A DNA stretch of 64,000 nt from a virus. Its lineage: Duplodnaviria > Caudoviricetes. Made by a program: the position numbers and the translations under genes. Shown here piece after piece: positions 9,550-18,697 of this stretch (its first letter is position 1; the number at the start of each line of letters is the position of its first letter). The stretch covers positions 1-64,000 of the IMG/VR virus record IMGVR_UViG_3300033463_000081. The stretch is one strand, 5' to 3'. Under the pieces are notes generated by a model that ran no database searches, was not told the DNA's origin, and worked only from the letters and a program-made list of their open reading frames with translations.

Positions 9550-9804
9550 ATGAAACAATACGAAGAACACGATGGAATCAGAACCTACTTTGCGACAGAC
9601 CGGGATATCTTCAATATGACTCACGGCTTCGACCTTAACGAGGTCTGCCGTTACCACAGGGAAAAGGGCGGAGTTGTCTGCGACCAAAAAAAGCGCACCG
9701 ATGCCATGTGCTCTGGGTGTGGGTGGAATCCGAGAGTGTCGCGGATGAGGATACGCAAATTCCTTGAGGGGAAGGAGAAGAATGAGCAGTCAGATGTCAT
9801 TTGA
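9550..9804 (+). CDS. Hypothetical protein
   Basis: ATG 9550 within the 9370 frame, coupled to neighbours. Confidence 0.5.
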   Translation: MKQYEEHDGIRTYFATDRDIFNMTHGFDLNEVCRYHREKGGVVCDQKKRTDAMCSGCGWNPRVSRMRIRKFLEGKEKNEQSDVI

Positions 9805-10645
9805 GGTCACCACAGACCTCACGCCGGTTATCAGTACGGACATAACAGCCAACTTTGACGCTGTGAAGGAATGGCTGGCCGAAAACCTCGCCCCATACGC
9901 CAACATGGTGGTTACGGAAGAAGGTCTCTCTGACGCCAAGAAGACCAGGGCGGACATCCGCAAGGTTGGTGAATCCATCGACAGTCAGCGCAAGGCTGTC
10001 AAGAAAGAGTGGATGCGCCCCTACGAGGCGTTTGAGTCAAAGGTCAAGGAACTGACGGGCATCGTCAACGAGGCTGTCACAAATATCGACAGCCAAATCA
10101 AAGAGATGGAGAACGCCGAGAAAGAAGCCAAGCGTCAGCGGCTTTGGGAACTGTTCACATCCTCTTCCGAAGACATCCGTGAGTATGTCGAATTCGAGGA
10201 TGTCTTCGACAAGAAGTGGCTGAACGCCACGTTCCCGGAGACAGACGCCGCCAACTCCATCGTCCGGCAACTGGAAGATATCCGTGATGGGCTTAACGCT
10301 ATCCGTGGTATGGAAAGTCCCTATGAGGCTTCCATGCTGTCCGAGTATGCCAAGAGTCACAACCTCGCCAAAGCTATGGCGGAGGGGAAGCGTCTTGAGG
10401 CTATTCAGAAAGTCGAGGAAGAGCGTAAGGCTCGTGAAGTGGTCGTAATGAAGTGGGAGCCTCCTGCGGACGATGGCGAAGAAACTGAGGTTGATGTTCC
10501 GAAGAAACCTTTCAAGTGGCCGTCCGCCGTTCCTAAGACCTACGGCTATCAGTTTACGATGCCATCCATGACGATGGAGCAGATGAAAGCGCTCAAAGCC
10601 TGCCTTGACGAAAACGGCATTGAGTATAAAGCGAAAAAACTCTAA
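9782..10645 (+). CDS. DUF1351-like coiled-coil protein
   Basis: ITANFDAVKEWL...DAKKTRADIRK...KKEWMRPYEAFESKVKEL; lies between exonuclease and recombinase. Confidence 0.8.
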   Translation: MSSQMSFEVTTDLTPVISTDITANFDAVKEWLAENLAPYANMVVTEEGLSDAKKTRADIRKVGESIDSQRKAVKKEWMRPYEAFESKVKELTGIVNEAVTNIDSQIKEMENAEKEAKRQRLWELFTSSSEDIREYVEFEDVFDKKWLNATFPETDAANSIVRQLEDIRDGLNAIRGMESPYEASMLSEYAKSHNLAKAMAEGKRLEAIQKVEEERKAREVVVMKWEPPADDGEETEVDVPKKPFKWPSAVPKTYGYQFTMPSMTMEQMKALKACLDENGIEYKAKKL

Positions 10646-10657
10646 GGAGGTATAGAT

Positions 10658-11422
10658 ATGAGAGCAGCCGCAGCGGTGAAACCCACCGCCAGTAAACAAT
10701 CCCTTGCGCCGGTGCAGAAGGATGCGTTCGTTGACAAGCCCATCAAGTACATGGTTGGCGGAAAGAGCGTAGAACTGAGCGTAGCCCTTACGCAGAAGTA
10801 TTTCTGCCCTGACGCCACCCCCGCCGAAGCGTTCGTGTTCAACGCATGGTGTCAGCACAACGGCCTCGATCCGTGGAAGAAGGAAGCGTATCTCGTCAAG
10901 TACGGGAACAATCCCCCTCAGATGCTCACGGCCAAGGATGCGTTCACGAAACGCGCCGAGGCGAACCCCAACTATCGGGGGAGTCAGGCAGGAGTCGTTG
11001 TCCGCAAAGTGGACGGCACTCTTGAGAACCGGCTCGGTGAGCTTGTCCTTGAGGATGAGGAAATCGTAGGCGGATGGGCCGACGTTTATGTCAAAGACTA
11101 CATTAAGCCCATTAGCTCCGTTGTCGGATTCAGGGAGCGTTGCCAGTACAAGAGTGACGGAAAGCCGATGGCAAAGTGGGCTACGGCTCCCGCACTGATG
11201 ATTCGTAAGTGCGCTCTCGTAGCCGCCATGCGCGAGGCATTCCCCAACGAAGTCGGGGGCATGTATATCCCGGACGAACTGGAAGCCGGAGCAACCATCA
11301 ATGACGAGGATGCTGCGCCTACAGCTTATCAGGATGTGGCATACACGGATGTGGCGACCGGCGAGGTCTTCACGCCCGACGAGGACGATGACGAGCCGTC
11401 CATCTTCGACACAGAGGGATGA
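10658..11422 (+). CDS. RecT/Bet-like single-strand annealing recombinase
   Basis: F..WCQHNGLDPWKKEAYLVKYG; MIRKCALVAAMREAFP. Confidence 0.9.
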   Translation: MRAAAAVKPTASKQSLAPVQKDAFVDKPIKYMVGGKSVELSVALTQKYFCPDATPAEAFVFNAWCQHNGLDPWKKEAYLVKYGNNPPQMLTAKDAFTKRAEANPNYRGSQAGVVVRKVDGTLENRLGELVLEDEEIVGGWADVYVKDYIKPISSVVGFRERCQYKSDGKPMAKWATAPALMIRKCALVAAMREAFPNEVGGMYIPDELEAGATINDEDAAPTAYQDVAYTDVATGEVFTPDEDDDEPSIFDTEG

Positions 11423-11425
11423 TAT

Positions 11426-11938
11426 ATGGGATACGCCAAGCAGAAGAACATGATGGTGATGTGGGGCATCGCCACAAGCGAACCGAAACTCCGCACCACC
11501 CAGTCGGGCAAACATGTCTGTTCGTTCTATCTCCAATACAACAAGCACGTCAACGAGGATGGGCAGAAAGTCAAGGAGAGCATGAGCGTCACGGCGTGGA
11601 ATGAACTGGCCGAGTACATCTGCGACAACGATATCGGCATTGGGAAATACGATGAGCTGCTCGTCTGCGGAGAAATCGTACCCGACACATACTATGGGCG
11701 AAACGAAGACCCCAACGTACCCAAGTACAAAATCAATGCCGAACTGATTCTGCCCATGACTTCCATCTATCAGCTTATGATGATGGTAGTCAACGGCGCA
11801 GGACAGGCCATCCGGGAAGAGCATAAGCCGAGCGTTGTTTCCAAGCGCGGCAATCTCAACGTGGACGAGGATGCCCCAGACGATGATGACAGTCCGTTCG
11901 TAGATGATGATTCCGATGACGGAGAACTCCCATTCTGA
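11426..11938 (+). CDS. ssb: Single-stranded DNA-binding protein
   Basis: OB-fold-like P.LR.TQSGK.VCSF; acidic tail ending DGELPF. Confidence 0.85.
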   Translation: MGYAKQKNMMVMWGIATSEPKLRTTQSGKHVCSFYLQYNKHVNEDGQKVKESMSVTAWNELAEYICDNDIGIGKYDELLVCGEIVPDTYYGRNEDPNVPKYKINAELILPMTSIYQLMMMVVNGAGQAIREEHKPSVVSKRGNLNVDEDAPDDDDSPFVDDDSDDGELPF

Positions 11939-11982
11939 TTTTTGGGGGAGATATCCTCTCCCACTCTACATAGAGGTCATGT

Positions 11983-12483
11983 ATGCCAAACAGAATTATC
12001 AAAGAGAGTGCGTTTCTCAGCGAGAAGATATCGCAACTCACAGACTTTGAATTTCGGCTTTGGGTTGGACTGATCACACAGGCGGACGATTTAGGGCGTG
12101 GTGACGCGAGACCCGCAATCATCAAAGGCAGAGTATTCGCTCTTCGGAATCGTACTACGGAAAAGGATATAGAAAATGCGCTCCTACATTTGGCGGCTGT
12201 CGGCTGCGTTTCCCTCTACACGGTAGGCGGGAAGCCCTACTTCCAGTTCCCAAACTGGGCGCAACACCAAAGGGTGAGAAAAATCCAACCGAAATACCCC
12301 GGAGAAGACGAGGCAGACAACCTGCGGCAATCTGCGGCAATTTGCGGCGAAACGCCGCCCCCGCGCGCGCGCGAAGAATCCAATCCAATCCAATCCGAAT
12401 CCAATCCGAATCCAATCCAATACGAATCCAAAAAGAATACGGTCATGGATTTGGCTCCGTGGGAAACGGATGAGGTTTCATGA
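11983..12483 (+). CDS. Phage replication initiator
   Basis: MPNRIIKES...L.GLITQADD.GRG; internal iterons; upstream of helicase. Confidence 0.8.
   Translation: MPNRIIKESAFLSEKISQLTDFEFRLWVGLITQADDLGRGDARPAIIKGRVFALRNRTTEKDIENALLHLAAVGCVSLYTVGGKPYFQFPNWAQHQRVRKIQPKYPGEDEADNLRQSAAICGETPPPRAREESNPIQSESNPNPIQYESKKNTVMDLAPWETDEVS
12322..12430 (+). repeat. Iteron-like repeats (probable origin)
   Basis: CTGCGGCAAT x3 (12322-12351) and an AATCC/GAATCC tandem tract (12376-12430) inside rep. Confidence 0.7.
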
Positions 12484-13802
12484 GCGATAAGTACGATGTA
12501 ACGAAATACAGTCCTGACGCATGGTATATGGCGGAGGAGTCCGTAGCCGGGTGCATACTCGTTGAGCCTACGGAAACCCTCCCCATAGTGCGGCAGGTGG
12601 TGTCCGCAGATGACTTCGGTGTGGAGCAGGCGAAGTCCGTGTTCATGTCGGCTTGTCTTCTTGCGGACGCAAGGAAGCCGATAGACCCAACAACGATACT
12701 CAACCAGGCAAAAGAATCGGAGCTGCCTCTAACGGATGAATGGGTGCGTCAGACCATGCAGGCGTATCTGACTACGGCCAACGTGGAACTAAACGCCACC
12801 ATCATCAGGGAAGCGTCCATCCTGCGGAAGTCCAAGGAGATAGGCATGGCTCTTGTCGATGAGGGCATAACTCCGCAGGATGCCGTGGAACAGCTGCAGG
12901 ATACGCTGTCGCACAGAGTCACCCTTCTCGCAACGCCGAGAGAGGACGCGCTTGAGTTCTATCAGTACCTCAAGTCCGTGTCATCGGGAGAAATAAGACC
13001 GTTCCTATCCACCGGGTTGACGAATCTGGACGATATGCTCGGTGGGGGTCTTATCTCCGAGGGGCTTATCACGTTGGCCGGAAGACCGGGGCAGGGCAAG
13101 ACGGTTGCGGCGTTGGTCATAGCGGAGAACGTGGCCGCGCGGGGCGGAAAGGTTTTGTACGAGAGCCTCGAAATGAGCAAGGAACAGCTTTGGGCGAGGC
13201 GTGTGAGCCGAAAGAGCCGTGTTCCGTACAAAAAACTGATGAATGGGAGTTTCGACCAGGAAACGCAGAGAGACTGGAAAGCAATCTTGGATGCCATGTC
13301 CGACTTATCGAAGCGGAACATAATCATCAATTCGACAAACGCAAAGATGGCGGATATAGAACGTCATGTACGGCAGGCCGGGAAACTGGACTTGATAGTG
13401 ATAGACCATCTCGGACTTATCATCCCTGACAAGGTAACGGATAGTCTGTATCTTCCAACAACGATGGCTTCACATGCTTTGAAACGGTTGGCAAAGTCAA
13501 CCGGGACGCCCATTCTGATGCTCTGCCAGTTGAATCGCGCGAACACGCAAAGGCAAGATAAACGAGGAACGCTTGCCGATTTGCGCAACAGCGGAGCAAT
13601 CGAAGAAGACTCGGACGCCGTCATCTTCATACACCGTGAAGCATATTACCTTCCGCCGAACCAACAGCCCGCCCCAAACGAACCCCAGACGATGGAGTTC
13701 AATGTGGCGAAAAACAGACACGGCGAAACGGGAACGGTCTATATGGACTTTCTTGGAATGTACGCCAATATCATGGCGCAGGAGCGGTACGATGGCTATT
13801 GA
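12480..13802 (+). CDS. dnaB: Replicative DNA helicase
   Basis: Walker A AGRPGQGKT; IVIDHL; QLNR; DLRNSGAIEEDSD; AKNRHGETG. Confidence 0.95.
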   Translation: MSDKYDVTKYSPDAWYMAEESVAGCILVEPTETLPIVRQVVSADDFGVEQAKSVFMSACLLADARKPIDPTTILNQAKESELPLTDEWVRQTMQAYLTTANVELNATIIREASILRKSKEIGMALVDEGITPQDAVEQLQDTLSHRVTLLATPREDALEFYQYLKSVSSGEIRPFLSTGLTNLDDMLGGGLISEGLITLAGRPGQGKTVAALVIAENVAARGGKVLYESLEMSKEQLWARRVSRKSRVPYKKLMNGSFDQETQRDWKAILDAMSDLSKRNIIINSTNAKMADIERHVRQAGKLDLIVIDHLGLIIPDKVTDSLYLPTTMASHALKRLAKSTGTPILMLCQLNRANTQRQDKRGTLADLRNSGAIEEDSDAVIFIHREAYYLPPNQQPAPNEPQTMEFNVAKNRHGETGTVYMDFLGMYANIMAQERYDGY

Positions 13803-13938
13803 CATGAAAGAAATCATTGGAATGTGCGTGGCTGCCGCCGCGTCGGTTGCACTGTTAATCCTCTTCTGCTTTGCCGGAGCGAAAGTATCGGGTATAGAGG
13901 ACGAGAGAGAAGAACATTATTGGAAGGGGAAGAAATAA
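13792..13938 (+). CDS. Small membrane protein
   Basis: 48 aa with one hydrophobic segment. Confidence 0.5.
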   Translation: MAIDMKEIIGMCVAAAASVALLILFCFAGAKVSGIEDEREEHYWKGKK

Positions 13939-14021
13939 ATGTGGTTTCAGTTTTGGGCTGTAATAGGCGTACTCGGTGCGCTGTACATATGGAGCGAGTG
14001 GAGGCGCGACCATTACTCTGA

Positions 14022-14510
14022 ATGAATTTCAAGGACATTAATGACATGCCTCCCGGAATGCGCAAGCTGTACGAACAGCAAGTTCAGCAGAAGACGCGGG
14101 ATACGGAAACGAAGCGGTGGCTTGCGGAACTCACCCAAGCCACCGATCCGAGGCAAAGCAAGTACAACGCAAAGCCAACGGACAGAGTGCTTCCGAACGG
14201 AACGGTCATAAAGTTCGACAGCAAAAAAGAAGCTGTCTATTATGACGAACTCAAGATATGGGAGTCGGCCGGGCGAGTCAGAGATATCCGATTGCAGGTT
14301 CAGTTTCTGCTCAAACCCGCCTACACGGACGGTGCTACCGGGGAACGGTTCCGTGCGATAAACTATCTCGCTGATTTTGTGTTCGAGAGAATGGATGACG
14401 ATGGAGAGTGGAAACAGCACATCGTTGATGTCAAAGGACGCAAAACGGCAGAGTACTCAATGAAAAGAAAACTGATGGCCGACATGGGCTATCGGATTGA
14501 GGAAGTGTGA
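14022..14510 (+). CDS. DUF1064-like nuclease/resolvase-family protein
   Basis: SKYNAK...FDSKKEA..Y; Y.ADFV; VDVKG. Confidence 0.8.
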   Translation: MNFKDINDMPPGMRKLYEQQVQQKTRDTETKRWLAELTQATDPRQSKYNAKPTDRVLPNGTVIKFDSKKEAVYYDELKIWESAGRVRDIRLQVQFLLKPAYTDGATGERFRAINYLADFVFERMDDDGEWKQHIVDVKGRKTAEYSMKRKLMADMGYRIEEV

Positions 14511-14511
14511 T

Positions 14512-14925
14512 ATGAGAATTATGCTTGACGAGGGAGCGTTCGCTCCGACACGGGCGCATCCTACGGACGCCGGGCTTGACTTGAGAGCCAAAGAGCGTGT
14601 GAAGATATGGCCACAACTGTCCGCCACCATAGACACGGGCGTTCATGTCGAACTGCCCCACGGATACTACGGAAAGATTGAGAGCAAGTCTGGGCTGAAC
14701 GTGAAGCACAACATCGTCAGCTGCGGTGGGACGATTGACGAGCCGTACCGTGGGAGCATCGTGGTGAAGCTCTATAACCTCGGCGACAAAGCCTATGTCT
14801 TTGAACCGGGTGATAAGATAGCCCAGCTTGTAATACAACCGTATATCGCCCCGGAGATAGAGCTAGTTGGCGAACTCACGGAAACAGACCGTGGGAGCAA
14901 CGGATTCGGCTCATCCGGGAGATAA
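14512..14925 (+). CDS. dut: Trimeric dUTPase
   Basis: AGLDL, KSG, GTIDEPYRG, KIAQL, RGSNGFGSSG motifs. Confidence 0.95.
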   Translation: MRIMLDEGAFAPTRAHPTDAGLDLRAKERVKIWPQLSATIDTGVHVELPHGYYGKIESKSGLNVKHNIVSCGGTIDEPYRGSIVVKLYNLGDKAYVFEPGDKIAQLVIQPYIAPEIELVGELTETDRGSNGFGSSGR

Positions 14926-14946
14926 AGAGAAAGGGAGAAATGAGAT

Positions 14947-15318
14947 ATGAAGAAACCGTCAGTGCTGTGGTGGGTCGTGATAGCCGCCTTTGCGCTCGGA
15001 GAGGGAATCGTGCTGACCGTACTCGCCGTATGCCAAACGCTGTATGTCAGTGACCCTCTGCTGATATGCGGACTCTGCGCGGGAATCACCATAGCGATAG
15101 CCATATTGTTCTCCGGGTTCACGGTGAAGAGCGAAACGGAGCATACATACGCAGAGTATGTTGAACTTGCCACCAATGGCAAGAGGACAGACCGTCCTCT
15201 TCTGGACACCGACCCGGAGGACATCACGAAGATTGACGAACTGCTGAGAAAGGAGGACACCCATGTACAAGGGAAAACACCTAAAGGAAAACACGAAGCG
15301 AAAGCCGCGAAAGCGTGA
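14947..15318 (+). CDS. Membrane protein (2 TM)
   Basis: Two long hydrophobic stretches. Confidence 0.65.
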   Translation: MKKPSVLWWVVIAAFALGEGIVLTVLAVCQTLYVSDPLLICGLCAGITIAIAILFSGFTVKSETEHTYAEYVELATNGKRTDRPLLDTDPEDITKIDELLRKEDTHVQGKTPKGKHEAKAAKA

Positions 15319-15409
15319 GATTCCGAAGACGGCGAACAACGTTGTCACGGTAAAGCGCCCCAAAAGCGTGGACTATATCATAGCGGAGGTCAAGTCATGG
15401 GATGACTGA
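15263..15409 (+). CDS. Small basic hypothetical protein
   Basis: AGGAGG RBS; MYKGKHLK...; not in the ORF track (48 aa). Confidence 0.4.
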   Translation: MYKGKHLKENTKRKPRKREIPKTANNVVTVKRPKSVDYIIAEVKSWDD

Positions 15410-15427
15410 CCCCTCCGAATAAATGAG

Positions 15428-15452
15428 AGCGCCGCAGAAATGCGGCGCTTTT
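15428..15452 (+). terminator. Rho-independent terminator ending the early operon
   Basis: AGCGCCGCA-GAAA-TGCGGCGCT-TTT. Confidence 0.85.
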
Positions 15453-15472
15453 CGTCATTTTGAACAAAAGCA

Positions 15473-15501
15473 TTGACAAACACAACATATTGTGGTATAT
15501 G
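15473..15501 (+). promoter_or_regulatory. Promoter of the packaging/structural operon
   Basis: TTGACA-17 bp-TATATG with extended TG. Confidence 0.7.
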
Positions 15502-15523
15502 GTAATGTGAACCACAAGATGTT

Positions 15524-16609
15524 GTGTTTATGAGTTTAGCGAGAAAGGTTTTTATGGACGAGAACAGGGCCAAAAAGAAGTTATGCTGGCACTGCCGACG
15601 GGAACTCAACGATAAGAACAGTTGGAATCCTACAGACGGCTTTGACCGTGGTGCGCCCACGTTTTACTGCGTGAGCTGCCAAAACCAGTATTTCCTGCAA
15701 CTGGCCAAAATCGTCGGAACCGACCTCGCTTATTTTTATTGCTGTGTTAAGTTCGATGTTCCCTATCTGCCGGAGAGAATCAAAGAATCCTACAAGTACC
15801 GCATAGAGTATGGGCCGTGGGGCGGATACATCGTGGCTCTCAGAGCGGCGAAACTCCACGAACTCGGCGGACGTTGGGCGGGATTCGCAGACGGAAACGT
15901 AGACATCAAGAAATCTTTCAGAGAACTGGCGGACATCGGCGCAGAGAGCGCCATCGAACTGTTGGAATCCAAGAGCAGGACGGCGGACGAGAACGCTTAC
16001 TTTTGGGGCGTGTCCTACGGAGAATCCGGGGAAGCCTATACCGAGGCAGACTACGATGCCCTGAACCGTGTGTGGGATGCCATGACGGAGGGGCGAAGCG
16101 GAATCAGTTCTCAGTCTCGCATGGCGATTCAGGACATAGCGCGGTGGACTCTTGAGCGTGACAAGCTCATGGCTGCGAAAGAGTTCGATGACGCAAAGAA
16201 AGTCGATGCCATGATTGAGAAGCTGAAAGAATCCGAACAGCTTCGTAAAAAGGACGAACTCCCGCAAGACCGTGTTCGCATTGATGACATCGTGAAAGCC
16301 GTGGAACGCGCCGGCCTGAACATGATGGACTATGACGAGTTGTGCAGACAGCTTGCGACATACATGTTCCATACGCCCTACGGCTATACGAGAGACGCCG
16401 CAGACCAAATGCTTCTGCTCATCCGAAACGCCACGGCGTTCAACGAGAACGTGCCGGAGATAGACCGTCTGCCCGACGAGTTCGCAATGGCAGATCCTCT
16501 CGGAGAATTTGCGCAGGAACAGGACGAAACGGAGAAACAGATATACAAAGACCTCGGGCTTGCGCCGCTGCATATGAAAGGCGGTGACGCAGATGGCGGT
16601 AAACAGTAA
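15524..16609 (+). CDS. Zn-finger protein, candidate terminase small subunit
   Basis: CWHC...CVSC N-terminus; directly upstream of and overlapping terL. Confidence 0.5.
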   Translation: MFMSLARKVFMDENRAKKKLCWHCRRELNDKNSWNPTDGFDRGAPTFYCVSCQNQYFLQLAKIVGTDLAYFYCCVKFDVPYLPERIKESYKYRIEYGPWGGYIVALRAAKLHELGGRWAGFADGNVDIKKSFRELADIGAESAIELLESKSRTADENAYFWGVSYGESGEAYTEADYDALNRVWDAMTEGRSGISSQSRMAIQDIARWTLERDKLMAAKEFDDAKKVDAMIEKLKESEQLRKKDELPQDRVRIDDIVKAVERAGLNMMDYDELCRQLATYMFHTPYGYTRDAADQMLLLIRNATAFNENVPEIDRLPDEFAMADPLGEFAQEQDETEKQIYKDLGLAPLHMKGGDADGGKQ

Positions 16610-18377
16610 AGACCGAGAGGGCATCAACTACGATGAGTTCGCAACGCCGACCTGGGCATTGTTGCTCTCATTCTTTCGCTGGTATCCCGACCTCCTTGAG
16701 GATATTTGCAGAGGAGAGAACGCTGAGTTCTCCAACAGCCTGATAAACCGGGTCATGAAGAGATACATGGCTCGATATCAGGAAACTTTCACCACGGGTT
16801 CCCGCGGCATTGGCAAGACCACCACTGTGGTGGCCGACAAGTGCGACAAGGGAATCCTGTGGCCGGGAGAGATAACCGGGTACTACGCCCCGGTCATGAC
16901 GCAGGCGGCTCCCCTTGCGTCCAAAGCCTACGCCACTTATAAGCGGAACGTTCCGATACTGGCAGACCACTGGATTAAGAACAGTGACACACGAGACCGT
17001 TTCAGAGTGACCACTCCGCACGGCTCCATGTTCATCATGAACATCGACCGCGGTATCGACACATCCGGCGTTGTGGCGGAAGAGTGTGCGCAGGAAGACC
17101 GCAATCCGTTCGACTGGGAAGATTTCAATCAAATCGTCCTCGGAACGAACCGACTTGCTTATAAGGTCAACGGGCGGGCGGACGAATCCCACGTTGATTC
17201 TCAGATACACTACATCACATCCGCCACTCGGCGTGAGAACGAAGCCTACGGAGTGTACATCAATCTGCGCAAGGCTATGCAGGACGGAGAAGACGCTTAC
17301 GCCGTGAGTATGCCGTGGCAGGTTCCCGTCCTGGCGCGGATGAAATCGGTGAGCTACTACCGAATGCTGCGCAAGAAACTGACATCGGAACAGTTCATGC
17401 GTGAGTGTGAAGCAAAGTGGACGGGAAGCATAGAAAACCCCATCATCCGAGACGATGTACTTTCTGCAAGCCGAAAGCTGAAGGTGATGGAGGACAAGCA
17501 CTGCGGTGACCCGGAATGCTTCTACATCATCGGCTATGACGTTAGCTCCCGTGACGTGATGAACAACGCCCTGACCGCAATGGCTGTGGTCAAGTGCGAA
17601 CGGCAGTATCACACGGATCTGGCAGACGAGTACCGCAAATCGCTCGTCTATGTGGAAGACCGAAAGCCACCGAAGACAGCAAGGGAACATGCCGCCATCA
17701 TCAAGCGGCGTTGGAGAGATTACTGCATCGAAGAGGGGCGTCCCGCTTTCGTGGTGGTGGACGCAAGAAGCTACGGTCTGAGCGTAATCGAGCATCTGCA
17801 CGAAGACCTTGGAGATGGGCTCCCCCCCTTCCGCACGATGAACAATGACCTCACGTTTGCGGAGCTGGTACAGCCGGACGCCATCCCGTGTCTATACGCA
17901 TTGCAGGCATCGGGAACGTCGGGCGCAGATCCGAACGCCGTCATGCTCGACTACATAGAGCGGGAGTTTGAGAGAGGGAATCTCCGCCTGCTTACATCGA
18001 ACCTTTACGAGGGACTGCAGGCGTACAAACTCAAGCACGAAATCAAGGACGATATCCGAGACCCGGAGATACAGGCTCCCTACGGAGCAACGAACCGACT
18101 TGCGAGGCAGATAGGAAATCTGCAAAAGAAATACGGTGCGGTCGGATGGACAGAACAGCAGATAAACAAGAACATCCAAAAGGATATGTGGTCTGCCCTG
18201 CTCTACGCCTGCCGGATAGCGCAAAGGTTGGAGAAATCCGAACTGTATGCGCAGAACCGCAGAAAGAACGAGTGGGAAGAACTTGCCCAAAAGTATGATG
18301 GTTACACCGGGGACTACGCACCGAACTCAAAGTTGGCAAAGCAGAGGCGCAGCGGAAGGCTGGGCGTGAAACGATGA
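16593..18377 (+). CDS. terL: Terminase large subunit
   Basis: Walker A GSRGIGKT, Walker B VVAEE, nuclease IIGYDV and DMWSA. Confidence 0.9.
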   Translation: MAVNSKDREGINYDEFATPTWALLLSFFRWYPDLLEDICRGENAEFSNSLINRVMKRYMARYQETFTTGSRGIGKTTTVVADKCDKGILWPGEITGYYAPVMTQAAPLASKAYATYKRNVPILADHWIKNSDTRDRFRVTTPHGSMFIMNIDRGIDTSGVVAEECAQEDRNPFDWEDFNQIVLGTNRLAYKVNGRADESHVDSQIHYITSATRRENEAYGVYINLRKAMQDGEDAYAVSMPWQVPVLARMKSVSYYRMLRKKLTSEQFMRECEAKWTGSIENPIIRDDVLSASRKLKVMEDKHCGDPECFYIIGYDVSSRDVMNNALTAMAVVKCERQYHTDLADEYRKSLVYVEDRKPPKTAREHAAIIKRRWRDYCIEEGRPAFVVVDARSYGLSVIEHLHEDLGDGLPPFRTMNNDLTFAELVQPDAIPCLYALQASGTSGADPNAVMLDYIEREFERGNLRLLTSNLYEGLQAYKLKHEIKDDIRDPEIQAPYGATNRLARQIGNLQKKYGAVGWTEQQINKNIQKDMWSALLYACRIAQRLEKSELYAQNRRKNEWEELAQKYDGYTGDYAPNSKLAKQRRSGRLGVKR

Positions 18378-18697
18378 ACAGACTATGGGTATGCCGGTCT
18401 ACGGCAGAAAATATAACGCGGGCGGAGAAGTACGAATACTTCAAAGCCAACGATAAATACTGCCTTGTCATTACGGATGAAACGCCTGAGAAAATGGCGG
18501 AAGTCACGAGTGACGCCGCCCGTTCTCTTACCATGCAGGATTGGGAATGGATACAGACGGTCGGCGCAAAAATCAAGGCAGAGCAGGAGTATAAGGCGTT
18601 CACCGAGAAACAGAAAGAGTTCTTGGTACGCTTCGAGGAAGAGTTGAAAGGGAGAATGACCGATGGCAGAAACCCCGATGGTGACGGAACAGGTTAA
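18374..18697 (+). CDS. Hypothetical protein
   Basis: ATGA overlap with terL. Confidence 0.6.
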   Translation: MNRLWVCRSTAENITRAEKYEYFKANDKYCLVITDETPEKMAEVTSDAARSLTMQDWEWIQTVGAKIKAEQEYKAFTEKQKEFLVRFEEELKGRMTDGRNPDGDGTG

